Virus record (IMG/VR): IMGVR_UViG_3300046519_000323
Coordinates: 1 to 64,000 of that record
DNA from: a virus
Reading direction: 5' to 3' (one strand)
Length of the DNA stretch: 64,000 bases
Shown here: positions 1-9,124 of the stretch, piece after piece
Position numbering within the stretch: position 1 is the stretch's first letter
How the letters are laid out: every line of letters begins with the position of its first letter
Translations under genes and position numbers: made by a program
Notes under the pieces: model-generated
The model's database searches: none
Seen by the model: the letters and a program-made list of their open reading frames with translations, nothing else
Told to the model about the DNA's origin: nothing

Positions 1-244
1 GTATTACTTTATTATTTAATACCGTTTTAATTACATCGCCGTCAGTACGGAAAGTAAGGGTCAATGATTGCCCTTCTTCAAGATTGAAAATAGCGTCTTT
101 TGTCGCAACGCCACCTGTGGCTTTTTTCATTTTATCCACGAAAACATAAGCCATTTTTTGCTTAGTTGCGTTCTCCAAAATTTCACTAATTAAAAGAATT
201 AAATCATGCTTTTCTGATAAAGAAACGAGTTCAAAATTTGCCAT
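1..244 (-). CDS. hypothetical protein, N-terminal part only (ORF runs off the left edge)
   Basis: Own translation of minus strand from ATG at about 244: MANFELVSLSEKHDLILLISEILENATKQKMAYVFVDKMKK..., 81 codons without stop down to nt 1; absent from ORF track because no stop in window. Confidence 0.4.
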   Translation of the reverse strand, partial: MANFELVSLSEKHDLILLISEILENATKQKMAYVFVDKMKKATGGVATKDAIFNLEEGQSLTLTFRTDGDVIKTVLNNKVI

Positions 245-314
245 AGCTCTAAAGCCTAAAATCAATTTATTCTATTTTGAGCTATGGCCGTAATCTCAAT
301 AATTAGTTATTCCA

Positions 315-686
315 TCATGAATAATTGAAATCATGTTCGTATCGTAAAGGTATTGTCTCAACGATATTTCGCTTAAAATTAATTAGGTCTTTAAAGTGAA
401 AATATTGGTCAGATAATTCTTTGTATGGATGGTCTTTTACATCAGATATGAAGATATTCGAAAATTTAAGCCCTTCATTTAATCTTTCAGCACTTTCCCA
501 AATTAATACATATTGTTGTAGGTGTTGTGGGATGGTCTTCACTACACTTGTATTAGCCCCAAAAACCATAATTACCGTATCCTTAGGTACAAGTAGATTT
601 AGTATTTGTTCAAGATAGATATTACTTGTAAGGCTAATAACAATTTTAGTTTCTGGTTTACCAAACCACCCCATGAACACACTCAT
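315..686 (-). CDS. hypothetical protein
   Basis: 123-aa ORF; its start shares nt 686 with the stop of the upstream glycosyltransferase gene (translational coupling); no motif recognised. Confidence 0.6.
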   Translation of the reverse strand: MSVFMGWFGKPETKIVISLTSNIYLEQILNLLVPKDTVIMVFGANTSVVKTIPQHLQQYVLIWESAERLNEGLKFSNIFISDVKDHPYKELSDQYFHFKDLINFKRNIVETIPLRYEHDFNYS

Positions 687-1372
687 TAGCCCACCTTTAT
701 CGTATTACCAAACTGATCAACTACTTCAGCTTTACCCCACACGGCGGGATAATTAACAGGTGGGCTAGCTTTATGGTAATTCTTAATTTCCCCATTATTT
801 ACGTACATATCTTTCTGCTCACGCGTGTTTTGAATTGCAGCCACTCGGTAAGAAGCATGTATAGGGTGATATCTGAGGTGATGAGCTCTTACTCTTAAAT
901 TACCATCATCACCTTTTAGACCTACGATATTTTCATTGTAGCCATTGAGACGATAGAAAGCTTCGCGTGTATATCCCACACGCCCTAAAATACCTTCATT
1001 TTCAACGCCTAAAAGGGGTAGAAATAATTGCCAATCTTTTAGTAAACGCAGCTCATATAAAAGGCCATCATAGATAAAATTATCTGCGTCTAAATTGAAT
1101 AGAATGTCTCCAGTTCCAAGGCGATGAGCCACATTTTTCGCATATGCAGACGTATAAGCATAATCCTCATGCATTTGGAAATATTTGAGCTGGCCGTTAT
1201 TTAAATATTCTTGAAAATTATCAAAAATCCATTCCTGTAACCCATCTGGTGACTGGTAATCTAATAAGATTATTTCAGAATGCTCATCGAGTATTTTTAT
1301 ATTTGCTGGTAATGTCTGATTCAGCTGCCATAACCTGCCTTTGCAGGTTGTACAAAATGAAATTTTAAGCAT
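686..1372 (-). CDS. GT-A fold glycosyltransferase (GT2 / GalT C-terminal type)
   Basis: 228 aa; DxD-like LDADNF; NGYNENIVGLKGDDGNLRVR resembles the GWGgEDdD..R motif of GalT-like GT-A enzymes. Confidence 0.6.
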   Translation of the reverse strand: MLKISFCTTCKGRLWQLNQTLPANIKILDEHSEIILLDYQSPDGLQEWIFDNFQEYLNNGQLKYFQMHEDYAYTSAYAKNVAHRLGTGDILFNLDADNFIYDGLLYELRLLKDWQLFLPLLGVENEGILGRVGYTREAFYRLNGYNENIVGLKGDDGNLRVRAHHLRYHPIHASYRVAAIQNTREQKDMYVNNGEIKNYHKASPPVNYPAVWGKAEVVDQFGNTIKVG

Positions 1373-1387
1373 TTCTCAATTCATCTC

Positions 1388-2068
1388 CTATTCAGGTCGT
1401 ACAACATGACCACAAAGGGCTAAAGAATTAATTAATATTCTGGTTTCTGTAACAGGGTCGGTTAGCCTACCCGTAGTATTAGCCTGTAGCACCACACCAG
1501 CTGTTAGGCTCAACTTCATGCAATCAGGAGTAAGGTTTTCTAGGTAAAGTTGGCCGTTGTTTTCTGAAGAAACATAGTAAGAAAGATCATTCACCAAGTT
1601 TGAGCCAATAACTATAACTTCATCAGCCCAAATTGTATTAAATCCTTCTAAAATAGAAGTACTTACTGTACTTGATGCAATGGCTTGATAGATGTCATCA
1701 TTAACTTTTAGAGTATAAATAACCGAACCGTATTCCATTGGCGTTGTTAAGCTATAGATGTTTGGATAAATGAAAAAATCATCTTCACAATCACAATCGC
1801 TTGTATGAAGCCGTAATACTTGAATACTAGGTATGCCAGTGTCTAGCGCATCTTGCACAGCAACATAGTCGAGATTTTTAGGGTCATAACCCAGTAAACC
1901 ACGAATATTCGATTTGGTTATGGTCATAGGACGGTCCAAACGCCCCCGCTTAAATGAACCCACAATCATATTATTGATTGGGGCTGCACCTGTGGTACCT
2001 GTTTTGTCTTGTGTGCCCTGATATTGAATACCGGGTTCATTTCCGATGATTTTAGTAATGTGTGGCAT
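1388..2068 (-). CDS. tail-associated protein, member 1 of a 4-member family sharing an N-terminal module
   Basis: 226 aa; first about 88 aa (MPHITKIIGNEPGIQYQGTQDKTGTTGAAPINNMIVGSFKRGRLDRPMTITKSNIRGLLGYDPKNLDYVAVQDALDTGIPSIQVLRL) nearly identical to ORF 56475..57152 and related to 54309..56462 and 57630..58487; C-terminus unique. Confidence 0.6.
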   Translation of the reverse strand: MPHITKIIGNEPGIQYQGTQDKTGTTGAAPINNMIVGSFKRGRLDRPMTITKSNIRGLLGYDPKNLDYVAVQDALDTGIPSIQVLRLHTSDCDCEDDFFIYPNIYSLTTPMEYGSVIYTLKVNDDIYQAIASSTVSTSILEGFNTIWADEVIVIGSNLVNDLSYYVSSENNGQLYLENLTPDCMKLSLTAGVVLQANTTGRLTDPVTETRILINSLALCGHVVRPE

Positions 2069-2137
2069 TGTCTTAGCTCTTTGAAATATCGGCTAATTAT
2101 CAATTTTTTTCTTTTGGCCTTAGATTTGAAGTTCCAT

Positions 2138-2167
2138 AAAAAAAACCGCACAACGGCGGTTTTTTTT
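2138..2167. terminator. rho-independent terminator (bidirectional look)
   Basis: ACCGC-loop-GCGGT hairpin flanked by an A8 run and a T8 run, about 10 nt after the stop of 2177..2950. Confidence 0.7.
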
Positions 2168-2176
2168 GATTATCGA

Positions 2177-2950
2177 TTAGTAAAGACCGGCACGCTTTCC
2201 TTTAGTCACCGAGCGGAAACGCTGATTTAAAGCTGCACTGCTAAAGGCTTTAACTCGGGCTTTATTTAAAGCAGCCTTTTGTTTTGCTGTAAGCTTCACT
2301 TTACCGTTTACACGCTTATTAACAACGGTAATTTTACCCTTGCGGACTGCTTTAATCGCTTTGTAAATGACTTTCCCGAATTTGCCCTGTTTAACAGTTG
2401 TTTTACCCAACGAAGCTGAATCAAGAATAAGACCATCTTCACCAATTTCACCAACCGCATCACCAAATACAAACGCTTGAACAAATTCGCTGATTTCGTC
2501 TGCAGGAGGAACATTTGATTCAACAGTTTCGGCAATTGCTTCTAAAGCTTGGTCAGCTTCAGTCACATTGTCACCAAACGCGGCATCAATAAGCGATTCA
2601 TCAGTTACGCCAAGCGTTTCAAAGGCATCTTTAACATGCGCTGTAATGATATCTAGCGTTGTAGGGTCAATTTCTACTTCATCGCCGTCTTCGCTGCCGC
2701 TAAAGCCCGCAAGTAACGCAGCAAAACGGTCACTAGGTAGCTCATCATCAGCCAAATCATTGCTTACGATCGAGTCTGTGAAAACTAAAACAAGCGAGAT
2801 AGCAGCAATACGTAACATACGGTTTTGCTGATTAAGCTCTGCAATATCAAGCTCGTCAGCCATATCAGCAATTACTGCAGCTGCCTCGCCTGCAGCGCTA
2901 TCAAGAACTTTAACTAGGTTAGGATTTAAAGAATCAAATAAAACACTCAT
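2177..2950 (-). CDS. virion-module protein with acidic N-terminal two thirds and Lys/Arg-rich tail
   Basis: 257 aa; D/E-rich until about aa 180, last about 70 aa KQGKFGKVIYKAIKAVRKGK...; function not recognisable. Confidence 0.5.
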   Translation of the reverse strand: MSVLFDSLNPNLVKVLDSAAGEAAAVIADMADELDIAELNQQNRMLRIAAISLVLVFTDSIVSNDLADDELPSDRFAALLAGFSGSEDGDEVEIDPTTLDIITAHVKDAFETLGVTDESLIDAAFGDNVTEADQALEAIAETVESNVPPADEISEFVQAFVFGDAVGEIGEDGLILDSASLGKTTVKQGKFGKVIYKAIKAVRKGKITVVNKRVNGKVKLTAKQKAALNKARVKAFSSAALNQRFRSVTKGKRAGLY

Positions 2951-2962
2951 GTATTTATCCCA

Positions 2963-4261
2963 TTATTTTGAAACTGCAAAATTGCTGTAAGCTGCACGTG
3001 TACAGCCGTTAGGGTGATAACCGAGGGATACGTCAACCGCATCGTCTGGACGATCAGCGCGAGGGGTAATGGATAACTCAAACAAGCCGCTAAGTTCTTT
3101 GGATTGAACGAGTAAAGGGCGATCTTTAGAAGTACAAGCTTCTAAAAACTTCTTACTCTCTTTTGTTGCATCTTCGATAAATGTCGTCATACCTTTTAAG
3201 AGGTGACGCATAACAATGGCATTGATCGTATTATCAATAAACATTGCAATATCAGAAGAGTTAGCAAGCTTCAAAATAGCAGTATTGTCGCCGTTGGCAG
3301 TCAACACATCCCCTAGAATAAATCGCACGCCTGAGCGATATACCTGACGCTCTACAACGTTGATTTGAGCATTTGCAAGGCGTTTACGGGCCGTGTCATC
3401 CAGTACCACGTCGTCACGCTTTTGCATACCAGTGAACTTAAACGGATAGTCAAAACCTGCAATCGGGTCTTGCAGCGGTGGAATACCTGCAGTGTTTGTA
3501 CGTGCATCACGTAGGGCATGTTCACCTAAGATTTTGCCAACCGCTAAACGTGGCGTTCGTTTACCATTTAAACCTACGGCATTAATTGGGCGTGCAACCG
3601 TTGGATTCCATATAAGCATGACACGGTGGTCAAACGGCGAAAGATCATTACCAATTTGAACGGCCTGATCGATCGTAAGCGTTGGGTCAAGTTCTACGAT
3701 GAGACGAATATTTAGTTCATCTGCTACGCGTAAAAGCTCTGTAAAGAGTGGGACATTATCCGTAAATGCAACACCTAAACGCGTAGGCGGAACATCTTGC
3801 TGTGTCAAAATATCAAATACTTGATTAAGATTAGATACTAAGGGACCGCTTGCCCAAGCTTGCCATACAGATTTACGGCCTAAGGTATTTAAAGCATTAA
3901 AACCTTCTGATTGCTGGATAGCGCTGACGAAATTCATTTCATTCGGAATAGTAATTTCGAATGTTTTAAACTCTTCAGTTGCATCAATTACTGCGCTTAT
4001 TGAGTTCACTGCTGATTCATCTGTATTAAGCGAACCAGAAAATTTATAAATTTGGTCCCCTGTCAGATCATCCACAAAGACAAGTTCAGCCTTTACTGAT
4101 TCAGGAGTAATAGTCGTTTCGGTAGCAAAAAACCGAATGTTTAAACTAACCCCATCACCTAAATGACTATAAGGCTCAAGTGCAATTTGCATTACTGCAG
4201 CTGACGACTCTTCATTGCTTAATGTTAAATCGCCCATTGCATTCATTAATAAAAAATTCAT
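2963..4261 (-). CDS. tail sheath-like protein (C-terminal sheath-type domain)
   Basis: 432 aa; ...RLAVGKILGEHALRDARTNTAGIPPLQDPIAGF...INVVERQVYRSGVRFILGDVLT... follows the pattern of sheath C-terminal domains as I recall them; needs profile search. Confidence 0.4.
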   Translation of the reverse strand: MNFLLMNAMGDLTLSNEESSAAVMQIALEPYSHLGDGVSLNIRFFATETTITPESVKAELVFVDDLTGDQIYKFSGSLNTDESAVNSISAVIDATEEFKTFEITIPNEMNFVSAIQQSEGFNALNTLGRKSVWQAWASGPLVSNLNQVFDILTQQDVPPTRLGVAFTDNVPLFTELLRVADELNIRLIVELDPTLTIDQAVQIGNDLSPFDHRVMLIWNPTVARPINAVGLNGKRTPRLAVGKILGEHALRDARTNTAGIPPLQDPIAGFDYPFKFTGMQKRDDVVLDDTARKRLANAQINVVERQVYRSGVRFILGDVLTANGDNTAILKLANSSDIAMFIDNTINAIVMRHLLKGMTTFIEDATKESKKFLEACTSKDRPLLVQSKELSGLFELSITPRADRPDDAVDVSLGYHPNGCTRAAYSNFAVSK

Positions 4262-4264
4262 GCA

Positions 4265-4918
4265 TTAACCTTCTACTTCAAAGCGCGCTTTACCAGCTAA
4301 CGCATTTAATTGAGCAAAGTTCATTTGAGCCTGTTTTTTTGCACCAGGTGTTTTGTACTTAATCACCACACGTTCATTTTGCGGTAAATTCGTACGCGAC
4401 ACGTTGCAATGCGTGTTACTACCACTGTTTAGTACAGCAAGCTCTAATGGGCCTAAAGCTTCAGTTTCATCTTTTTCAGGCGGCATATCGTGCTGAATAG
4501 CTGCTTGTTGAATTTGTTGATCTGGTACCTGATTTGAGTCTTTTGAAGGATTATCACCAAGTGACTCATCGACTTTTAGATTTTCATCTTCAGTTTTCTG
4601 AGTTTCGTCAGCATTATTGGTGGTCTGAACTGCATCACCAGCTGCTTGCTCGTCTAACTTTTGATCTTCATCTTCGGTTTTCTGAGTTTCTTGATCTGGT
4701 GTACCTTCAGTCTTAGTTTCATCAGGACCATCATTTTTTTGAACTGCATCACCAGCTGCCTGCTCGTCCAACTTCTGATTTTCATCTTCGATTTTCTGAG
4801 TTTCTTGATCTGGTGTACCTTCAGTTTTTGTTTCTTCAGCTGTTTGAGCCGTAACTTTTTTACCCTTTTTAGGACCAGCTGCTTTTGTTGAATCTTCTGG
4901 ATTGGCTGTCACTGTCAT
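4265..4918 (-). CDS. acidic tandem-repeat protein (possible decoration/scaffold protein)
   Basis: 217 aa; 38-aa unit DETKTEGTPDQETQKxEDEdQKLDEQAAGDAVQ.... repeated 2.5 times; sits between the large structural protein and the sheath-like gene. Confidence 0.55.
   Translation of the reverse strand: MTVTANPEDSTKAAGPKKGKKVTAQTAEETKTEGTPDQETQKIEDENQKLDEQAAGDAVQKNDGPDETKTEGTPDQETQKTEDEDQKLDEQAAGDAVQTTNNADETQKTEDENLKVDESLGDNPSKDSNQVPDQQIQQAAIQHDMPPEKDETEALGPLELAVLNSGSNTHCNVSRTNLPQNERVVIKYKTPGAKKQAQMNFAQLNALAGKARFEVEG
4547..4837 (-). repeat. in-frame tandem repeat, 114-nt unit x about 2.5
   Basis: Protein repeats aa 28-65, 66-103 and partial 104-124 of ORF 4265..4918; nucleotide repeat visible (..gttttctgagtttcttgatctggtgtaccttcagt.. 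twice). Confidence 0.8.
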
Positions 4919-4984
4919 GACTATTTCCTATAATTGATCAGCTTGTGAAGATGGCGACTGTTCAGCCGCCACCTAATTCATTGG

Positions 4985-6844
4985 TTATGAATTTGAAACT
5001 GTTAGAGAAGCTGGTAAGTTAATTACTTTCAGGATTTCAACCTGATCTGAATAGCGTGCGATTTCATTGACCTGTGCTGCACCGCGTGAGGTGTAGTAAA
5101 CGCCTTGTACGAAGTCTTCAGAAGTCACATCTTTGGTAATCACTGGAACAGCGGTATGACCAACAAAAACGGCTTTAGCTGCAACAGAGTTACGACCGAT
5201 AATTAACATTTCGCCGTATTGAACTGCGGTACCATTTACATCAATTTCGCCTTCAGCCACGACGCCTGCAGATTCAGGAACGTAGTAGTAATTGTCTTGG
5301 CCTTTCGAACCAATACGCGTAATTTCAGTTGGGATACCGAAAGTAAGGCTTGAAGGTGCAAAATTTGTATCATCTGAAAGGACTTTCATAAGTGTAGAAA
5401 GTGAACCTGTACAGTAGATATCAAAACCATCAGGCTTATGATTGGTACGGGTAATAATTCGGCGTTTACAGTCTTCTACAGCTGGGAAAATCTCAGCGCC
5501 AATCATCGAAGTGCTGTTAAATGATTGGGTCATATCGCTGTTACGTGATAAATCACACTTACGCGAATAATCTAGTCCTTTAGCTCGACCGCTGATTTCT
5601 TTTAATAAACGTACGTTTTGTTCAAGCATTAATTTTGCAATCACAATTGCAATGAATGCAGAGCGCATGTCTACGCCTAATTCATTTTGCATTTGTGTTA
5701 ATGCTTCGATTGTTGCGTGATAAACCGCACGAATCGGATAAGCGTGTACTGACGCGTAATCAAGATCGATATCAGCGTTCGGAGCTGGTAAAACTACATT
5801 GCCATTACCATCTTTACGTTGGTAATCAGCAACAACTTGAATTGTAACTACTGCATCAGCTGGTAATGCTTTATCAAACTCAATTGAGAATGTGTCATTA
5901 GCAGAGTTATGAGTACCCGATTTAAGCTTGTACTCAGTACCCGCAATTGTGACTCCAACGCCTTCAGCTGGGTAGAAATTACTAACATCAGGTGTTTTAC
6001 CTTGAGGATGCTGGTCATTACCTACGTACACACCGTTTAAATAAACGCGTGATGCGCCGATCATTGCAGGTAAACGGTCATTACCTTGAGGTGCTAAGTT
6101 AGCATCTACAATACGCTTAGTTGTTAATGTGAAGGTCTTATTGTCTGCAGTCGCCAGTTTAAACTTATGGATTGCATCAAAGTATTGAGCACTTGCTTTA
6201 ACACCGTCAAGAAAATCACCTTTGCGGGTCTGTCCATAGTCACGACCAGCAATCTGACGTACATAAACAAGAGGTAAAGTATTGGTACCATTAGGGTTAG
6301 GTAAGTAAGCAACTAACGGCGAAGAGCTTGCAATCATCATCGTGATTGTAACCATCGCCAGAGCTGGTACATCTGCAATGTGGCCCGAGCTACCAGACGA
6401 AACGCTGTCATAGAATGACCGTACTTCTGAACTTACATTACGTGCATTTGCACTGTCAAAGATACCGTCAGTATTGGCAGACGATAAACCGTCGTAAATC
6501 AAATGGCCTGCATCTAATGCAGCTGCAATTGCTGAATTAGTCGGCATATTACCGCCATGGGCATTACGATACAGTTCAATACCACGACCAATAGAATCTA
6601 AGATTTGATTTTTTGCAGAAGGGCTGTCTTTGAACAATTCCAAAAGGCCAGTTAAAGACTTTGGTACCAAACCATTAATATTGATATTGCTCTGCTCGCA
6701 TTGAGCAACAATACCGTCATATTGGGCAACGCTATCAGCTGGGCGGCCTTTTTGATATTGCATACGAGAAACAAAATTCCCGACTGCAGCAATCGTTGCG
6801 CCAGTTGTTTTTGCATGATTACGGAGTTGTTCTTTATTAAACAT
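4985..6844 (-). CDS. large virion structural protein (candidate major capsid protein)
   Basis: Longest frame starts at 6958, but ATG 6844 (MFNKEQL) has an AAAGGAA SD and follows a hairpin terminator; 619 aa, no enzymatic motif, small-residue rich, central in virion module. Confidence 0.45.
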   Translation of the reverse strand: MFNKEQLRNHAKTTGATIAAVGNFVSRMQYQKGRPADSVAQYDGIVAQCEQSNININGLVPKSLTGLLELFKDSPSAKNQILDSIGRGIELYRNAHGGNMPTNSAIAAALDAGHLIYDGLSSANTDGIFDSANARNVSSEVRSFYDSVSSGSSGHIADVPALAMVTITMMIASSSPLVAYLPNPNGTNTLPLVYVRQIAGRDYGQTRKGDFLDGVKASAQYFDAIHKFKLATADNKTFTLTTKRIVDANLAPQGNDRLPAMIGASRVYLNGVYVGNDQHPQGKTPDVSNFYPAEGVGVTIAGTEYKLKSGTHNSANDTFSIEFDKALPADAVVTIQVVADYQRKDGNGNVVLPAPNADIDLDYASVHAYPIRAVYHATIEALTQMQNELGVDMRSAFIAIVIAKLMLEQNVRLLKEISGRAKGLDYSRKCDLSRNSDMTQSFNSTSMIGAEIFPAVEDCKRRIITRTNHKPDGFDIYCTGSLSTLMKVLSDDTNFAPSSLTFGIPTEITRIGSKGQDNYYYVPESAGVVAEGEIDVNGTAVQYGEMLIIGRNSVAAKAVFVGHTAVPVITKDVTSEDFVQGVYYTSRGAAQVNEIARYSDQVEILKVINLPASLTVSNS

Positions 6845-6896
6845 AGGTTCCTTTGCCTGTGTTGGCTTGTTGATGGAACCTATTTTGAAGTTTTGC

Positions 6897-6926
6897 AAAA
6901 AGGGGGAATTATTGAAATTCCACCCC
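6897..6926 (-). terminator. hairpin terminator after 6931..7968
   Basis: GGGGGAATT-loop-AATTC(CA)CCCC imperfect hairpin followed on the minus strand by T5, directly after the stop codon. Confidence 0.45.
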
Positions 6927-6930
6927 TTTT

Positions 6931-7968
6931 TTAAGGATTTGCGAGCATTCCAATACAACTAGGTTGAAAATAGAAGAATTGGCCTGCTGTGATTATCGAT
7001 CGTGCATAAAAATTTTGAATTGCACTGACCGCATCAGCTGAAGTAAATACGGCTGTTTGTGAAATAGCAGCAAATTGCGCTGAAGTTGAGCCATTTATCC
7101 ATGCATTTACAGGTGCAAGTGCAGTATTGGCGCCCGCGGGATTAATTAGCTTGTAATTATTATTGGTAATGCTAAATAGAACATCAGTTGAAGAAATACT
7201 TGCGGAAGTGCGGAAATAGCCACGTATCCACAATAAACCGCCCCAACGTGAAACTTCAAGCTTTGTATACTGGGGTAAGTTTGAAGTGATAAATTTTGCG
7301 TTTAAATCGCCAATCGTCGTGACATTCACCCATTCCATTGTTGCAGGCTTTAGATCATTAAATTGACGTTGCAGTTTTGCAAATGCTAAAAGATGGTTGT
7401 CAGCTGGTAAAAGCTTACCTAAAGCGGAATTACCAGCAATATCAAGTCCTGTTAATAGTGTATTTCGAACTCGATCAGTCGTGAAATATTGATTAACCTG
7501 CCCCTCAGGGACCTCATCAGTATTCATTCCCACGTTTACAGCATTAACTACCCACTTTTTATCGCTCGTATCCCATATAGCCCCCATACGGTCGAAGCCT
7601 GAACCACTATCAATATGAGCATAATCACCATCTAAGGCCATCGGTAGAGCTGCGGTTAAATTTGCATAACTACTAAATAGCCCTCTGAAATGTTGAACGT
7701 AATCCGTAGAATCAAGTTTTTGATTAATTGCATTACTCAGCTCGGTATATGCTGAAACATCAAGCTTTTGTGCAAGTGCCCCATTAAAAAGACTGACGTC
7801 TACTTTTGTGGCTAAACTCAAGTTAAGCAGATTTTTAGTAACCAAATCAGCTATCTTATTTTCAAACTCATCACGTCCAATACCGTTATGAGCAATAAGA
7901 AAATTATATACATCCTGAAAGTTGTTGATATTTATGCCAGCTGCAAGCATGTCATCTATTAAGCTCAT
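6931..7968 (-). CDS. fibrous structural protein (possible tail fibre/whisker)
   Basis: 345 aa; repeated K(V/L)D(V/S)S.(F/Y)-type pattern near the N-terminus (ATKVDVSLF, AQKLDVSAY, NQKLDSTDY) as in fibrous phage proteins. Confidence 0.4.
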   Translation of the reverse strand: MSLIDDMLAAGININNFQDVYNFLIAHNGIGRDEFENKIADLVTKNLLNLSLATKVDVSLFNGALAQKLDVSAYTELSNAINQKLDSTDYVQHFRGLFSSYANLTAALPMALDGDYAHIDSGSGFDRMGAIWDTSDKKWVVNAVNVGMNTDEVPEGQVNQYFTTDRVRNTLLTGLDIAGNSALGKLLPADNHLLAFAKLQRQFNDLKPATMEWVNVTTIGDLNAKFITSNLPQYTKLEVSRWGGLLWIRGYFRTSASISSTDVLFSITNNNYKLINPAGANTALAPVNAWINGSTSAQFAAISQTAVFTSADAVSAIQNFYARSIITAGQFFYFQPSCIGMLANP

Positions 7969-9117
7969 TTAAAGGCCCTCAACTTGAGACAAATCAATTC
8001 CAAACGAATAGGTTTGTCCTTTGGATAGAGAAAGCTGATAGTTACTAACCTCTCCTAGATAGGCCATTACGACAAATAGAAACATCTTATTCAAACTATC
8101 AAAATTACCAGGTAATAAGTCATATGAACGTACATCACCTTGTTTAATTTTGACGGGTAAATTTGCTTTTAAATCCTGATCAATCAATTCGACTAGGCCG
8201 TTGTGATCAATGGCAATCAAGAAATACGAGATTTTTTTATTGTTGGCCGTAATTGCTCGGACTGGCTCACTTGAACTTAGAACAAAAGTTTCAGACTCTC
8301 CTAAATTCACAGTTACAAGCTTTGTATCGCTTTCAGTTATGGAATAAGGGCTTTGTGTTAAGTCTGACATTGAGCGTAAAGATACGACCGTGGAATTTGA
8401 TTGAAGCTCAGGGTCATACGGCGTAATTAGCTTAAATTTACGTACAGTAAGCTCATCATCAGATATGGTTTCAGTTTCTTGTGTTTCTACATTAAATAAT
8501 GGGGTACTGGTATAGAACAGTTCACTGAGTTGGACAGGGAACTTATTAGAAACAGGTTTTAGCAGCTCTTCTTGAGAAATGAATGGTTCTAAATGCTCAA
8601 GTGAATCACGTACGTTAAATGCATATACTTCGCCGTGGTTCCCTTGCAGGCTTTGACCTGTAGAGCCCAAACATTCAAGCCATTTAACTGTATTTTCATC
8701 AATAATCAGGCCAAAAATATCGCCCTTTTGAGGTTTCCAATCAGGTACATTTCGCTGCATTTGGCGAATGCTTTCATAATCTTCAATATCAAAGGGTTCC
8801 ACTTGGGCCCTTATGGTTGCCTCACCGATATTAATACCAGAACCATCACTCCACATACTGCCACCGACAAAGTGATCGAATAATATTTTCGCGTAACCTT
8901 GTTCTTCGTAACGAGTAGCATGTTCTTCTTGAGAGCTTAATACCTCTGCACCAGGATAGACCGTGGCGTAACGGTCTTCTTGTTGGCTCACAGGTTCAAC
9001 ATAACGGCGAAAAACATGACAATCTACGGCTGATAGGCTCGTTATCACAATCGAACGGGCAGCCATGCGCCGCCCATCTGCTACCCGTGTAGCCTCTTTG
9101 CGAATTGGCTTTAACAT
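7969..9117 (-). CDS. hypothetical virion-module protein
   Basis: 382-aa ORF abutting neighbours without gaps; no motif recognised. Confidence 0.55.
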   Translation of the reverse strand: MLKPIRKEATRVADGRRMAARSIVITSLSAVDCHVFRRYVEPVSQQEDRYATVYPGAEVLSSQEEHATRYEEQGYAKILFDHFVGGSMWSDGSGINIGEATIRAQVEPFDIEDYESIRQMQRNVPDWKPQKGDIFGLIIDENTVKWLECLGSTGQSLQGNHGEVYAFNVRDSLEHLEPFISQEELLKPVSNKFPVQLSELFYTSTPLFNVETQETETISDDELTVRKFKLITPYDPELQSNSTVVSLRSMSDLTQSPYSITESDTKLVTVNLGESETFVLSSSEPVRAITANNKKISYFLIAIDHNGLVELIDQDLKANLPVKIKQGDVRSYDLLPGNFDSLNKMFLFVVMAYLGEVSNYQLSLSKGQTYSFGIDLSQVEGL

Positions 9118-9124
9118 GAATCAC

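Noticed and set aside
4534-4891. Plus-strand 60-76 aa ORFs antisense to the acidic repeat protein
   Set aside because: The repeat structure simply duplicates stop-free antisense frames. There are no start signals, and the ORFs lie inside a supported gene.
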